The position numbers and the translations under genes are program-made. Source: Acidobacteriaceae bacterium (GTDB taxonomy: Bacteria > Acidobacteriota > Terriglobia > Terriglobales > Acidobacteriaceae). Taken from it: a stretch of 39,712 nucleotides of DNA. The stretch covers positions 3,713 through 43,424 of the forward strand of contig PMXB01000039.1 in assembly GCA_003165935.1 (NCBI GenBank), given 5' to 3'. The notes beneath the pieces are model-generated. The model saw only the letters and a list, made by a program, of their open reading frames with translations. It made no database searches and was not told the DNA's origin. This document shows, piece by piece, positions 16,937 through 26,485 of the stretch (the first letter of the stretch is position 1; every line of letters begins with the position of its first letter).

Positions 16937-18574
16937 ATGGCCACCGGAACACAGTTGGAGAAGACCGCGATGGGGGTTCCCGTGCAGGCCGGATTTGCCG
17001 GGAGGCTGGGAGCCCTGGTTACGCGCGCGCGAGTGCTCTGGGCTGGTCTCCGGCCCAACCAAAGATTATGGGTCGGTGTGGCCGGAGGCCTTGTCGCGGC
17101 ACTTCTGGGCGGCCTGCTCTGGTACGGCCTGCGCACCGACTGGCGCACTCTTTACGCCGACCTCGACCCGGACGATGCGCGCCAGATTGCTCAGACACTC
17201 ACGCAGGCGCAGATTCCTTTTGACGTCGCGGCCAGCGGCGGCACCATTCGTGTTCCAGCCGCGCAACTGGACAAGGCTCGCCTGGCCACGGCGGCCAAGG
17301 GCGGCGTCAAGAGCGGGCGACTTGGCTTCGAGATCTTCGACAAGCCGAATTGGGTGGGCTCTGAATTCGACGAGCAGGTCAACTACCAGCGTGCCCTGGA
17401 GGGCGAACTCGAACACACGGTGGGCACTCTTGCCGATGTCGAATCGGCCCGTATCCATCTCGTAATGCCGCACGATTCGCTGTTCCGCGATCAGGAGCGT
17501 CCAGCCAAGGCTTCGGTTGTGCTCAGGTTGCGCCATCGGTCGCTGGCCGACGGCGAGCCTGAGGCGATTCGCAATCTTGTGGCCTCGGCGGTGGATGGCC
17601 TGACGGCCGACCGGGTTGTGCTCGTCGATGCTGCCGGTCATCTTCCCCTCGGTCCCAGGACCGCCGACGCGTTGCGCCTGACCGCCGAGCAGAATCTCGA
17701 AGAGAAGCTTGTCTCCACCCTTGAGCCGGTCACTGGCGTTGGCAATGTGCGCGCGTCGGTCACGCTCGACTACGATCCCTCGGCCAGCGAAGAGACGCAG
17801 GAGTCTTACGATCCGGACCAGACGGTCACGCTTTCAATGCAGCGGACCGAGCAGGTCTCCGGCCCGCAGCCAGTCGCAGCCGGGGTCCCCGGCGCGGCAT
17901 CGAATGCACCCAATACGCAGTCCCTTCCCGTCTACCCGCAGGCGACGACACAGCCGCAAACGGCGCGGTCTGAGTCGGGAACGTATGGTGCTGCAAAGAC
18001 GGTTCGCCACGTGGTCGAAAGCCCTGGAAAGCTGCGCCGGCTCACCGCGGCCATCGTGGTCAATGACCGGTTGACGCAGCCCGCATCGAAGGACAAAGGC
18101 GCGATCTGGCAGCCTCGTTCAGCGGAGGAGTTACGCAACCTCACCGCCCTGGCGCAGGCGGCGGTGGGCTTTGACACGGCACGTGGCGACCTGCTCACGG
18201 TCGAGGATTTTTCCTTCGATGCCAATCATGCGGCACCGCCGCCAACATTTCTCAGCCAACTGCTTGCCGGGGCTGAGGGTTCACCCGTGCTGATCAAATA
18301 TGGCGCGATCCTTGCCGGGGTTCTGGTGATTGTGGCGTTTGGCGTGCGCCCCGCGGTTCATCGTATCGCGAGCTCTCCGGTCGCAGTTGCAAATGGTCCC
18401 CCAAAAGAGCTGGCGGCGAACGGGACACAGCCCATCCTCAACGTGCCAGAGCCTGCCGAGGCCGATCCGGAGCGGCAAAGAGCACAGGAGATTATTGGGC
18501 AAGTGTCTGACCACCTGAAGCGTGAACCATCGCACAGCTCGCGATTGCTGCAGAGCTGGATTCACCAGGATTGA
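16937..18574 (+). CDS. fliF: Flagellar M-ring protein FliF
   Basis: Two TM segments; GFEIFD, YQRALEGEL, ARIHLVMP..SLF, ASVVL, VASAVDGL and AVGFD..RGD motifs. Confidence 0.95.
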   Translation: MATGTQLEKTAMGVPVQAGFAGRLGALVTRARVLWAGLRPNQRLWVGVAGGLVAALLGGLLWYGLRTDWRTLYADLDPDDARQIAQTLTQAQIPFDVAASGGTIRVPAAQLDKARLATAAKGGVKSGRLGFEIFDKPNWVGSEFDEQVNYQRALEGELEHTVGTLADVESARIHLVMPHDSLFRDQERPAKASVVLRLRHRSLADGEPEAIRNLVASAVDGLTADRVVLVDAAGHLPLGPRTADALRLTAEQNLEEKLVSTLEPVTGVGNVRASVTLDYDPSASEETQESYDPDQTVTLSMQRTEQVSGPQPVAAGVPGAASNAPNTQSLPVYPQATTQPQTARSESGTYGAAKTVRHVVESPGKLRRLTAAIVVNDRLTQPASKDKGAIWQPRSAEELRNLTALAQAAVGFDTARGDLLTVEDFSFDANHAAPPPTFLSQLLAGAEGSPVLIKYGAILAGVLVIVAFGVRPAVHRIASSPVAVANGPPKELAANGTQPILNVPEPAEADPERQRAQEIIGQVSDHLKREPSHSSRLLQSWIHQD

Positions 18575-18605
18575 CCCGGGCGACCGCGAACGCGAGGAAA
18601 CGGTA

Positions 18606-19658
18606 TTGGCAGAACAGGGAAACGAAACCGGGGTCGCAAAGCGGCGTGAGTCAGCCGGCCTCTCCGGTGTGCGCAAGGCGGCGGTGCTGCTGGTTGCGGT
18701 CGGCGAAGAGGTGGCGCGGGAGATTCTGCGCGCCCTGCCCGAGGCCGACGTGCAGCGCCTGACGGAGGAACTGGCCGACCTGCGCGGCATTACACCGGAG
18801 CTCTCCTTCGAGGTGGTTGAGGAGTTCTGGGAGCTACTCGCTACCCAGGGCTTCATCATGCATGGCGGATTGGACTTTGCCAGCCGTCTGCTGGTAGACG
18901 CCTTCGGCAAGCCGCGCGCCGACGAGCTGCTCATGCAGCTTCGCCGCTCGCAGGAAGCTGCGCAAGGCAACCTTGCCAAGTTGCAGCGTACCGACCCCGC
19001 CCAGCTTGGCAAACTGCTTGACTCCGAGCATCCCCAGACCATCGCCCTGGTGCTAGCCCATCTCGATCCACGGCGCGCTTCGCAGGTGCTGGACAACCTC
19101 AGCGAAGACCACAAGGTCGTCTCCATCCAGCGGCTCGCCGAGATGCGCCAGTTCTCGCCGGAGATGGCACAAAAGGTGGCCCACATATTGCATCGACGCC
19201 TGGAGAGCGTAGGCGACACGGCACGTAAAAGCTACTCCGGCTTCAAGGCTGTGGCCGACCTGCTGAACCGGCTCAACGCCGAAGAGGCGAAGAAGATTCT
19301 GGAAACAATTGAAGAAGGTGAGCCGGAACTCGCCCTCAACATTCGCAATCTGATGTTTACCTTTGAAGATTTGGTTACGGTTCCCCCGGCCACGATTCGC
19401 GAGATAGTCTCCGGGGTCGATAAGCGAATGCTTGCCCTGGCCCTGCGCGGAACCAACGAGGACCTGCGCGCGCAGATATTCAAATCCATGAGCTCACGCG
19501 CGGTGGAGATGCTCAAGGAGGATATGGAGGTGTTGGGACCGGTGCGCTCGCGCGAGGTGGCGCAGGCTCAGCAGGAGATTCTGAATCTCGCCCGCCGCCT
19601 CGAGGCTGAGGGCAAAGTGGTGCTCAAGCTGGAAACCGGCGACGAGATGCTGGCGTGA
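18606..19658 (+). CDS. fliG: Flagellar motor switch protein FliG
   Basis: RKAAVLL, GGLDFA, EHPQTIALVL, MFTFEDL, MSSRA and GPVR motifs. Probable TTG start at 18606 after GAGG. Confidence 0.94.
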   Translation: MAEQGNETGVAKRRESAGLSGVRKAAVLLVAVGEEVAREILRALPEADVQRLTEELADLRGITPELSFEVVEEFWELLATQGFIMHGGLDFASRLLVDAFGKPRADELLMQLRRSQEAAQGNLAKLQRTDPAQLGKLLDSEHPQTIALVLAHLDPRRASQVLDNLSEDHKVVSIQRLAEMRQFSPEMAQKVAHILHRRLESVGDTARKSYSGFKAVADLLNRLNAEEAKKILETIEEGEPELALNIRNLMFTFEDLVTVPPATIREIVSGVDKRMLALALRGTNEDLRAQIFKSMSSRAVEMLKEDMEVLGPVRSREVAQAQQEILNLARRLEAEGKVVLKLETGDEMLA

Positions 19659-19787
19659 CCTGGGAAGATTCCGCGCCGTGGAGGAATGCTGGTGGAATTG
19701 TAAAGGCGCCAGCGTTGACGGCAGGGAACTGCTCCGAAAAGTGAGTGTGGTATTGCGAAGACCTGGCAGGAGAGTGCAGGCCGTCGA

Positions 19788-20576
19788 ATGCGGAGGGAAG
19801 AGTTGAATTTGGCAGCAAGGGATGCGGAAGCCACAGAAGCGCCCCGCGTGGAGGTGTATGAGTATCCCTCCGGCGCAGGCGCCGGTTCGCGCTCCACGAC
19901 TCCGCACGCGGGTGTTCTTTACCAGGGCGGGGTAAACACCCCTCAGGATGGTGCCGATCGCGGCCCATCTGACTCAGCCCGTGCTGAGTTCGACAGGCGC
20001 CTGGCCGAAGAGACGCGCCGTTCCTTTGAGGCTGGCCGCGAGCAGGGCCGCAGCGAGGGCCGCCAGGCGGAGCGCGAGGCGCAGGCGGGCGCGGTGGTGT
20101 CAGCCGAGCGGGAGCGACTGCGCAAGGCCGCCGAGTTGGTCGATCGGTTTGACCGCGAGCGCGAAGGCTATTTCGCTCAGGTCGAGCGCGAAGTTGTCGC
20201 CCTGGCTCTGGCCATCGCCGCGCGCATCCTGCGCCGCGAAGCGCAGATGGATCCGTTGCTGCTGACCGGCGCTGTCAGGGTCGCACTTGGCCAGCTCTCC
20301 GCATCGACATCCGCGCAGCTTGTGGTTCCTCCCGCTGAGCTGGACCTCTGGAAAGAAGCAATTGCGCACGCGCCAACCCTTGCTATTAGACCTTCGGTTG
20401 TTTCCGGAGAGGGAATGCGCCTGGGAGAGTGTGTAATAAAGACCGATCTGGGGACGGTGGACCTTGGGATTCGCAGGCAGCTCGGAGAGATTGAGAGCGG
20501 ATTCTTTGACCGGGTTGGCGACTCCCCAGCGGCGCTCTCTGTCAAAGATTCTTCCGGGCGCGAGGCGGGGACATGA
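19788..20576 (+). CDS. fliH: Flagellar export protein FliH
   Basis: AxxxG-type repeats (FEAGREQGRSEG), LALAIAARIL and GECVIKT..G.VD. Located between fliG and fliI. The start may be TTG 19803. Confidence 0.85.
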   Translation: MRREELNLAARDAEATEAPRVEVYEYPSGAGAGSRSTTPHAGVLYQGGVNTPQDGADRGPSDSARAEFDRRLAEETRRSFEAGREQGRSEGRQAEREAQAGAVVSAERERLRKAAELVDRFDREREGYFAQVEREVVALALAIAARILRREAQMDPLLLTGAVRVALGQLSASTSAQLVVPPAELDLWKEAIAHAPTLAIRPSVVSGEGMRLGECVIKTDLGTVDLGIRRQLGEIESGFFDRVGDSPAALSVKDSSGREAGT

Positions 20577-21898
20577 CTTCTCCGGCTTCGGCGCACCTTG
20601 CGCACTACTTCGCCCGCCTTGAGCGCCGACAGCCGTGGCGCTGGCAGGGCCATGTCCTGGAGTCTCTCGGTCAGACCATCGAGTCCGCCGGCCCGGTGGC
20701 CTCGGTTGGCGAGTGCTGCCTGATCCGCGACCGTGAGCAGCAGAGCCACCTGGCGGAGGTGATCGGCTTCCGTGGCAATCACCTGCTGACCATGCCGGTT
20801 GACAGTACCGATGGCATCCGTTTCGGCGATACGGTCTCGGCTTTAGGTGTTCGACCGGAGATCGCGGTGGGTCCGGCCTTGATGGGCTGCGTTCTCAACG
20901 CGCTTGGCGAGCCTATGGATGAGGGAGGCCCAATGGCCACCTCTGACAATCGGCCTCTCGACGGGCTGGTCCGCTCGCCCATGGATCGTACTCCAATACG
21001 CGACGCACTTGGCACCGGCATTCGCGCGGTGGATGCCCTTTTAACCGTTGGCCGTGGCCAGCGCGTTGGGATCTTTGGGGGATCCGGGGTTGGCAAGAGC
21101 ACCCTCATCGGCATGATGACGCGGAACACGGAGGCCGATGTCACGGTGGTTGGCCTGGTGGGAGAGCGAGGCCGCGAGGTTGGAGAGTTCCTCAAAGACT
21201 CACTCGGCTCCGAGGGCCGGGCCCGCTCGGTGGTAGTCGTCTCCACTTCAGACCAGTCGCCGCTGCTGCGTCTGCGCGCTGCTATGGCCGCCACTACAAT
21301 TGCCGAGTCCTTCGCTGCCGAAGGCAGGCATGTTCTGCTGGTGCTTGATTCCCTTACGCGTTTCGCCATGGCGGCCCGCGAGATCGGCCTTGCGGCCGGG
21401 GAGCCGCCCACCAACAAGGGCTATACGCCTTCGGTATTTACGCGCCTGGCGCGACTGATTGAGCGCGCAGGCCAGTTCCGCACCGGGTCCATTACCGCCT
21501 TCTACACGGTGCTGATGGAGGGCGACGACCAGCAGGATCCGCTGGTTGATGCGGTGCGCGCGCTTCTCGACGGCCATATCGTGCTCTCCCGCGCGCTGGC
21601 CGCAGAGGGTTGGTATCCGCCCGTAGAGGTTCTTGATTCCATCAGCCGTCTTATGCCCGCCGTCGCGCTCCCCGACCACCGCGAGCATGCTGCCCTGGTG
21701 CGGCGCCTGATGGCGGTGTATGCCCGCTCCGAGGACCTGGTGCGCATCGGTGCTTACAAGGCCGGCGCCGACCCCGATCTCGATCGTGCTCTGCATGCGC
21801 GCGACTTTCTGCGGGCCTTCCTTACCCAGAGCACCGACCAACGCCCGCTGCTCGCCGACTCGGTCCGGGCGCTCGCTGAGCTTGCCCGGGAGATCTGA
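20573..21898 (+). CDS. fliI: Flagellar export ATPase FliI
   Basis: GQRVGIFGGSGVGKST, GERGREV, DSLTRFAMA, GEPP..KGY and LDGHIVL motifs. Confidence 0.96.
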   Translation: MTSPASAHLAHYFARLERRQPWRWQGHVLESLGQTIESAGPVASVGECCLIRDREQQSHLAEVIGFRGNHLLTMPVDSTDGIRFGDTVSALGVRPEIAVGPALMGCVLNALGEPMDEGGPMATSDNRPLDGLVRSPMDRTPIRDALGTGIRAVDALLTVGRGQRVGIFGGSGVGKSTLIGMMTRNTEADVTVVGLVGERGREVGEFLKDSLGSEGRARSVVVVSTSDQSPLLRLRAAMAATTIAESFAAEGRHVLLVLDSLTRFAMAAREIGLAAGEPPTNKGYTPSVFTRLARLIERAGQFRTGSITAFYTVLMEGDDQQDPLVDAVRALLDGHIVLSRALAAEGWYPPVEVLDSISRLMPAVALPDHREHAALVRRLMAVYARSEDLVRIGAYKAGADPDLDRALHARDFLRAFLTQSTDQRPLLADSVRALAELAREI

Positions 21899-21901
21899 GC
21901 T

Positions 21902-22387
21902 GTGGGCAAGGTTGGTCTCGTCTCACGCGCGCTGCGCCGCCTGCTTCAACTTCGCCTGCTCGAGGAGGACCAGAGCCGCCTCGCCCTCGAGTCCGCCCTG
22001 GCCGAGTTGCATCGACTGGAGCGTGCCCTCGAATCCGCCGCGGAGCGAGGCCGCAACAGCCGCGAGCTGGTGCGTCGGGCAGCCTGCACAAACGACCTGC
22101 CTGACCGCATCGCCGGCCTTGAAGAGGGCCGCGCAGCGTTAAGGCAGGCGGTTTCACTGGAAGGGGCAATCTGCAAATCCCGGCTGGCCACCGACAGTCT
22201 CAGGGAAAACTATCAGTCTGCCCGCGTCGAGCGCCGCCAGGTGGAAACCCTCCTTCAGGAGGCCAGAGCGGCCGCAGACCTCGACACCACCCGTCGCAGC
22301 CAGCAGGCTCTCGACAATTGGTTTGGCAGCCGCTGTCAGGCCGCTCGGTCCGCGTCCGGGCGATCGGAAAGGGAAGAGGAATCTTGA
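21902..22387 (+). CDS. fliJ: Flagellar export protein FliJ (divergent)
   Basis: Coiled-coil protein of FliJ size immediately after fliI; ARVERRQVETL...QQALD pattern. Confidence 0.7.
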   Translation: MGKVGLVSRALRRLLQLRLLEEDQSRLALESALAELHRLERALESAAERGRNSRELVRRAACTNDLPDRIAGLEEGRAALRQAVSLEGAICKSRLATDSLRENYQSARVERRQVETLLQEARAAADLDTTRRSQQALDNWFGSRCQAARSASGRSEREEES

Positions 22388-22476
22388 GGAGAAATCGAGT
22401 GCCTATCCATGAGCATTCCTGAATCAGGAGCATTCGTTCCACTTCTGACAACTCTCTAACAGGCCCTCCTGCACTT

Positions 22477-22492
22477 TGGCACGGCATCTGCT
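22477..22492 (+). promoter_or_regulatory. Sigma-54 (-24/-12) promoter for fliK-flgD-flgE
   Basis: TGGCAC-GGCAT-CTGCT, with GG at 22478-79 and GC at 22490-91 (exact 10-nt spacing). Confidence 0.75.
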
Positions 22493-22504
22493 CACCTTCT
22501 TGCC

Positions 22505-24301
22505 ATGACCGGAGCGACCGCGGAACTGCCTATCTCCAGCTCGAGCCCAAACCTGACATCGAGGCTTGGCAATGTTACGGGCCAAAGTGGAAGGGCCGCA
22601 CTTGAGCGTTCTCCGGCTAACGCGAATGAAATTGCCAATCCAAATGACAATGGATCGCCGGAAGTCGGGAGCTTTCAGTCCAACTGGCAAGCCATGGTGA
22701 CGTCGATGGAAACACTGCATGGCGAGGAGCAGGATACGGGTTCTGCTGGGCCAGGGGCAGCATCCGTTCTCGGGCAGTCCAGCAGTTCTATCTCCGGGAA
22801 GGGAATCGCCCCAGCGACTCAAGCCGATTCACCCGGTGAAGTTGCCGGCTCGTTTCAAATTGCATCCAGTCCGACTGCCGGCAAATTGGTGCGCGATCAG
22901 CGAATGGGAGCGCACAAGGCAAGTCAGGACTCCGCCGCAGGACCTGCCACTGGGTCGATTTCATCCGCTGCGTCGCTTCGCAAGGACGGATCGCAGCCTA
23001 TCCGATCAGACAAAGCATCTGCCGCATCCGACCCCTCCCATGGCGTGATGGCACCTGCTCTTGCGTTTGGTGGGGACCCATCCATGATGGCCAACATAGC
23101 GGCCGGGCATGCTTCGCACGCAGAGCCAGCCTCGTCTCGCGGGAATCGCGCAAGCACTGCTGCGGGCGGCGATGGTGACAGCCGGTCTGCATTGGCCGCT
23201 AACCCCGCATTCCCTGCCCATGGTCTTGCGATCGCCGGCACAAATGGGGAATCGCTCTCTCTTGCTGGTTCGAATGCTCAGGCGCATGGCAACACAGATC
23301 CTTCCTATGCTGGTGCGAACGGCCTGGAGGGTGGCGCATTGACCTTGGCGCCCAGGGTTCCTCCTGTACAAAGCGCAGCGGGAGGCGACGCGGACGAGAG
23401 TGCGAGCGGAGGCAATCTCATCGCTTCCGTGAATGGATCGTTGGACGGCGCAGCGGCAGCGATTTCTCTCGACGCTCTTTCGCAATCGACATCGATCTCC
23501 GCTGCATCCATCTCGTCGTCTGAGCGACGGGCCAGCGCCATCAACTTACCTGATTCATCGGTTGGTTCGTCGCAGCGCACTCAGCGCCCATCCGCCATTG
23601 GCATCGCGGCAGGGTCTGGGCCTCACAATTCGGAGTTCTCTCAGGTTAATCCGGCTGCATCGAATCCCGGACACGACTCTTATCCGCTCGCCGTCTCCGG
23701 AGCAGGTATGGGCTCTGCTAACGGATCAACTTTGGGATCAGCCCCTGGCACATCCCTCAGCGCAGGCACACCGTCCGGGCGCGAGACCTTCGCCGCTCTC
23801 GACGGCGATGCTCCGGCCGGCAGCATTCGCTGGACACACACGGGCGCGAACCGGGCCGAAGCCGGCTTTGAAGATCCAGCGCTGGGCTGGGTTGGCGTTC
23901 GCGCCGACATGGGCGGCGGCAGCGTCCACGCCTCTCTCGTTCCCGGTTCAGCCGAGGCTGCGCAGATGCTGGGCAGCCATCTCGCCGGATTGAATAACTA
24001 TCTTGCCGAGCGCCATTCCGGCGTCAGCCCTGTCACCGTAGCCGGCCAAGAGAGTTTTGGAAGCGCGCATTCAGGCACCGGCAGCGAATCCGGATCCCAA
24101 CCCGGGTCGCAATCCTTCACCGAACAAAACGGATCGGCGAATTCGGGCAACGGCTGGATTCCGGCCGGATCGAATTCCACTCAGGCTCAAAGTGAGGGAA
24201 GACCCGACTCTCTCCCGTCGACCTTGGCCTCCTCGTCTTCGAGCAACACGGCTCAACCGGCCAGCAGATCGAGCGGGAGATACATCTCCGTGATGGCCTG
24301 A
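22505..24301 (+). CDS. fliK: Flagellar hook-length control protein FliK (divergent)
   Basis: Long Ser/Ala/Gly low-complexity region, then AEAGFEDPALGWVGVRA...VHASL...AAQMLGSHLAGLNNYL, matching the T3S4 pattern. Canonical position between fliJ and flgD. Confidence 0.7.
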   Translation: MTGATAELPISSSSPNLTSRLGNVTGQSGRAALERSPANANEIANPNDNGSPEVGSFQSNWQAMVTSMETLHGEEQDTGSAGPGAASVLGQSSSSISGKGIAPATQADSPGEVAGSFQIASSPTAGKLVRDQRMGAHKASQDSAAGPATGSISSAASLRKDGSQPIRSDKASAASDPSHGVMAPALAFGGDPSMMANIAAGHASHAEPASSRGNRASTAAGGDGDSRSALAANPAFPAHGLAIAGTNGESLSLAGSNAQAHGNTDPSYAGANGLEGGALTLAPRVPPVQSAAGGDADESASGGNLIASVNGSLDGAAAAISLDALSQSTSISAASISSSERRASAINLPDSSVGSSQRTQRPSAIGIAAGSGPHNSEFSQVNPAASNPGHDSYPLAVSGAGMGSANGSTLGSAPGTSLSAGTPSGRETFAALDGDAPAGSIRWTHTGANRAEAGFEDPALGWVGVRADMGGGSVHASLVPGSAEAAQMLGSHLAGLNNYLAERHSGVSPVTVAGQESFGSAHSGTGSESGSQPGSQSFTEQNGSANSGNGWIPAGSNSTQAQSEGRPDSLPSTLASSSSSNTAQPASRSSGRYISVMA

Positions 24302-24342
24302 CGTCGAGGGCGAGCTTACCAGCATCAGAAAGGCGAAATGCA

Positions 24343-24942
24343 ATGTCAGTATTGTCGTCAATCCTGCAACATGCCCAGGCAGGGCAAGCTCTCCAGCCTG
24401 CCGCAGCTCTGCCACAGGCGAGCGCCACGAGCAGTACAAGCAGCTCAAGCGCGAGTTCCAGTTCCGCGAGCTCGGACTCCGCCACAATCTCCGCCAACGA
24501 CTTTCTCACTCTTCTTGTCACCGAGATGCAAAACCAGGACCCGACCGCCGACACCGACCCGAACGAGTACATCAACCAACTCGTCTCGGTAAACAGTCTG
24601 GAACAACTGATTGACATCAACCAGACGTTGACTACTGCTACCACCAGCTCAACCTCGTCAACAAGCTCCTCAGGCTCTTCAGCGAATCCTTCCGTCGCAA
24701 CAGCAGGCGCCTCTGCTCTTGCCGCGAAGAGCCCTCAGTCCACCGCAGCCGGAAGCCCCTCCAACGCCCAATCCGTATTGGCTTCCCGGGCCGGGGCGTC
24801 CAAAGCGTCTGCAATCTCGCACGCTGCCGGGAACTTTACCATTCCCGCCGCATCGCCCGCGGGGTTGCGCGTCGCTCGTTCTCTGAACGGGCAGTCCCAT
24901 TCGCCTCAGACCATTTCCACGCCGGATTATTCAGCTCGCTAG
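24343..24942 (+). CDS. flgD: Flagellar hook capping protein FlgD (N-terminal domain plus low-complexity tail)
   Basis: DFLTLLVTEMQNQDPT...YINQL..NSLEQL motif. Confidence 0.88.
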   Translation: MSVLSSILQHAQAGQALQPAAALPQASATSSTSSSSASSSSASSDSATISANDFLTLLVTEMQNQDPTADTDPNEYINQLVSVNSLEQLIDINQTLTTATTSSTSSTSSSGSSANPSVATAGASALAAKSPQSTAAGSPSNAQSVLASRAGASKASAISHAAGNFTIPAASPAGLRVARSLNGQSHSPQTISTPDYSAR

Positions 24943-25011
24943 CGATCGTTCATCTGCGGCGCAGTGCGGCTCAACTGAATTCTCAAGACAAACAACAGGG
25001 GGAGACTTTCC

Positions 25012-26292
25012 ATGGCCAGCTTCTTTATTCCTCTTACCGGACTCGAATCGGATTCGACCGCGCTCAACACGATTGCCAACGATCTTTCGAATATGAACAC
25101 GACGGCATTCAAGACCCAGACGACCAACTTTTCCGATCTGTTCTATCAGCAGATCGGCGCCACCGGCTCGGGCGACCCCATTGAGCTTGGCGCGGGTGTC
25201 AAGGTTGCCTCGAACGAAACCAGTTATTCCCAAGGCACGATCAATGCGACCGGGAACTCAACCGACGTGGCCATCAATGGGAATGGATTCTTCGTAGTCG
25301 ACCCCACAAGCGGCGGCCAGGAGTTTACGCGCGCGGGTGATTTCTCGCTTACTTCGACTGGGGCACTGGTCACCTCCGGGGGCGCTGCCGTGATGGGCTA
25401 TCCGGCGGTGGATGGGGTGGTCAACACCAATGCTCCGCTTTCGGCAATCAACATTCCCGTCGGCCAGGTTGAGCAGCCGCAGGCCACCACCAGCATGAAT
25501 ATGACGCTGAACATTGATTCCGCCTCCGCGGCGGGCACCGTATTCCCTACCGACATAACCGTGTACGATTCGCTGGGCGACCCGCACACTGCCGCCATCA
25601 CCTACACCCAGACTGCTACCAATACCTGGGGTTACTCGGTTGCTCTTCCAGCCGCCGACTTTGCCTCGGGCGTCTCTACGCCGGTCACAGGCACGATGAC
25701 ATTCGACGCAAATGGCAACCTGAGCACCATTACGCCAACCGGCGGCGCGGCAACCACGGTGGGGACAGGCGCGGGGGATATTTCGTCCATCCCCCTCGCC
25801 TTCAATGGGCTCACCGACAAGGCGGCGGATCTGGCCATCTCCTGGAACCTGCTTGGACCGAGCGGCACGCCGACGATCAGCCAGGTGGACACGGCGTCCG
25901 CAGTCTCAGCAACCACGCAGGACGGTTACTCAAGCGGACAGTATCAGAGCTTCACGGTTGGCTCGGACGGTACTGTGACCGCGACATTCTCGAACGGGCA
26001 AAAGCTCAACGTGGGTCAGCTGGCGATGGGCAATGTGACCAACGTACAGGGACTTCAACTGCTGGGCGACGGCGACTATGCCGCAACCCTTGCCAGCGGT
26101 ACCCCGGCCATCGCTCCCTCGGGAACCGATGGACTCGGCACCTTGCAGGATGGAGCCCTCGAAGGTTCAAACGTGAACATCTCGGCCGAGTTCTCTGACC
26201 TGATCATTGCGCAGCGCGGCTTTGAGGCGAATTCGAAGACCGTCACCACCTTCGACACGATCACCCAGGAAACCATCAACATGATTCATTGA
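25012..26292 (+). CDS. flgE: Flagellar hook protein FlgE
   Basis: IANDLSNMNTTAFK, DVAINGNGFF, TRAGDF, VYDSLG and LEGSNVNISAEFSDLIIAQRGFEAN motifs. Confidence 0.95.
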   Translation: MASFFIPLTGLESDSTALNTIANDLSNMNTTAFKTQTTNFSDLFYQQIGATGSGDPIELGAGVKVASNETSYSQGTINATGNSTDVAINGNGFFVVDPTSGGQEFTRAGDFSLTSTGALVTSGGAAVMGYPAVDGVVNTNAPLSAINIPVGQVEQPQATTSMNMTLNIDSASAAGTVFPTDITVYDSLGDPHTAAITYTQTATNTWGYSVALPAADFASGVSTPVTGTMTFDANGNLSTITPTGGAATTVGTGAGDISSIPLAFNGLTDKAADLAISWNLLGPSGTPTISQVDTASAVSATTQDGYSSGQYQSFTVGSDGTVTATFSNGQKLNVGQLAMGNVTNVQGLQLLGDGDYAATLASGTPAIAPSGTDGLGTLQDGALEGSNVNISAEFSDLIIAQRGFEANSKTVTTFDTITQETINMIH

Positions 26293-26485
26293 TCGAATGC
26301 GATCTCCCGCGGATGGAAGGAGGCGGTTGTCCGCGGATTTGCCGGGGCAATGGCCGTTGTCGGAAAGAGTTTAGTCAGCACTCATGGGGAGCCTCGAATG
26401 CGGCTCGGGAACGCTGTTACGATCCAGAAGGGAAGTGGCGCGCAGATGAAAGGCGCCCCTTCACCTTCTCGCCGGAGCCACATCC

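Noticed and set aside
19659-19787. Sigma-54 promoter in the fliG-fliH gap (TGGCAGGAGAGTGC, CGGCAGGGAACTGC)
   Set aside because: GG-to-GC spacing is 9 nt, not the required 10.
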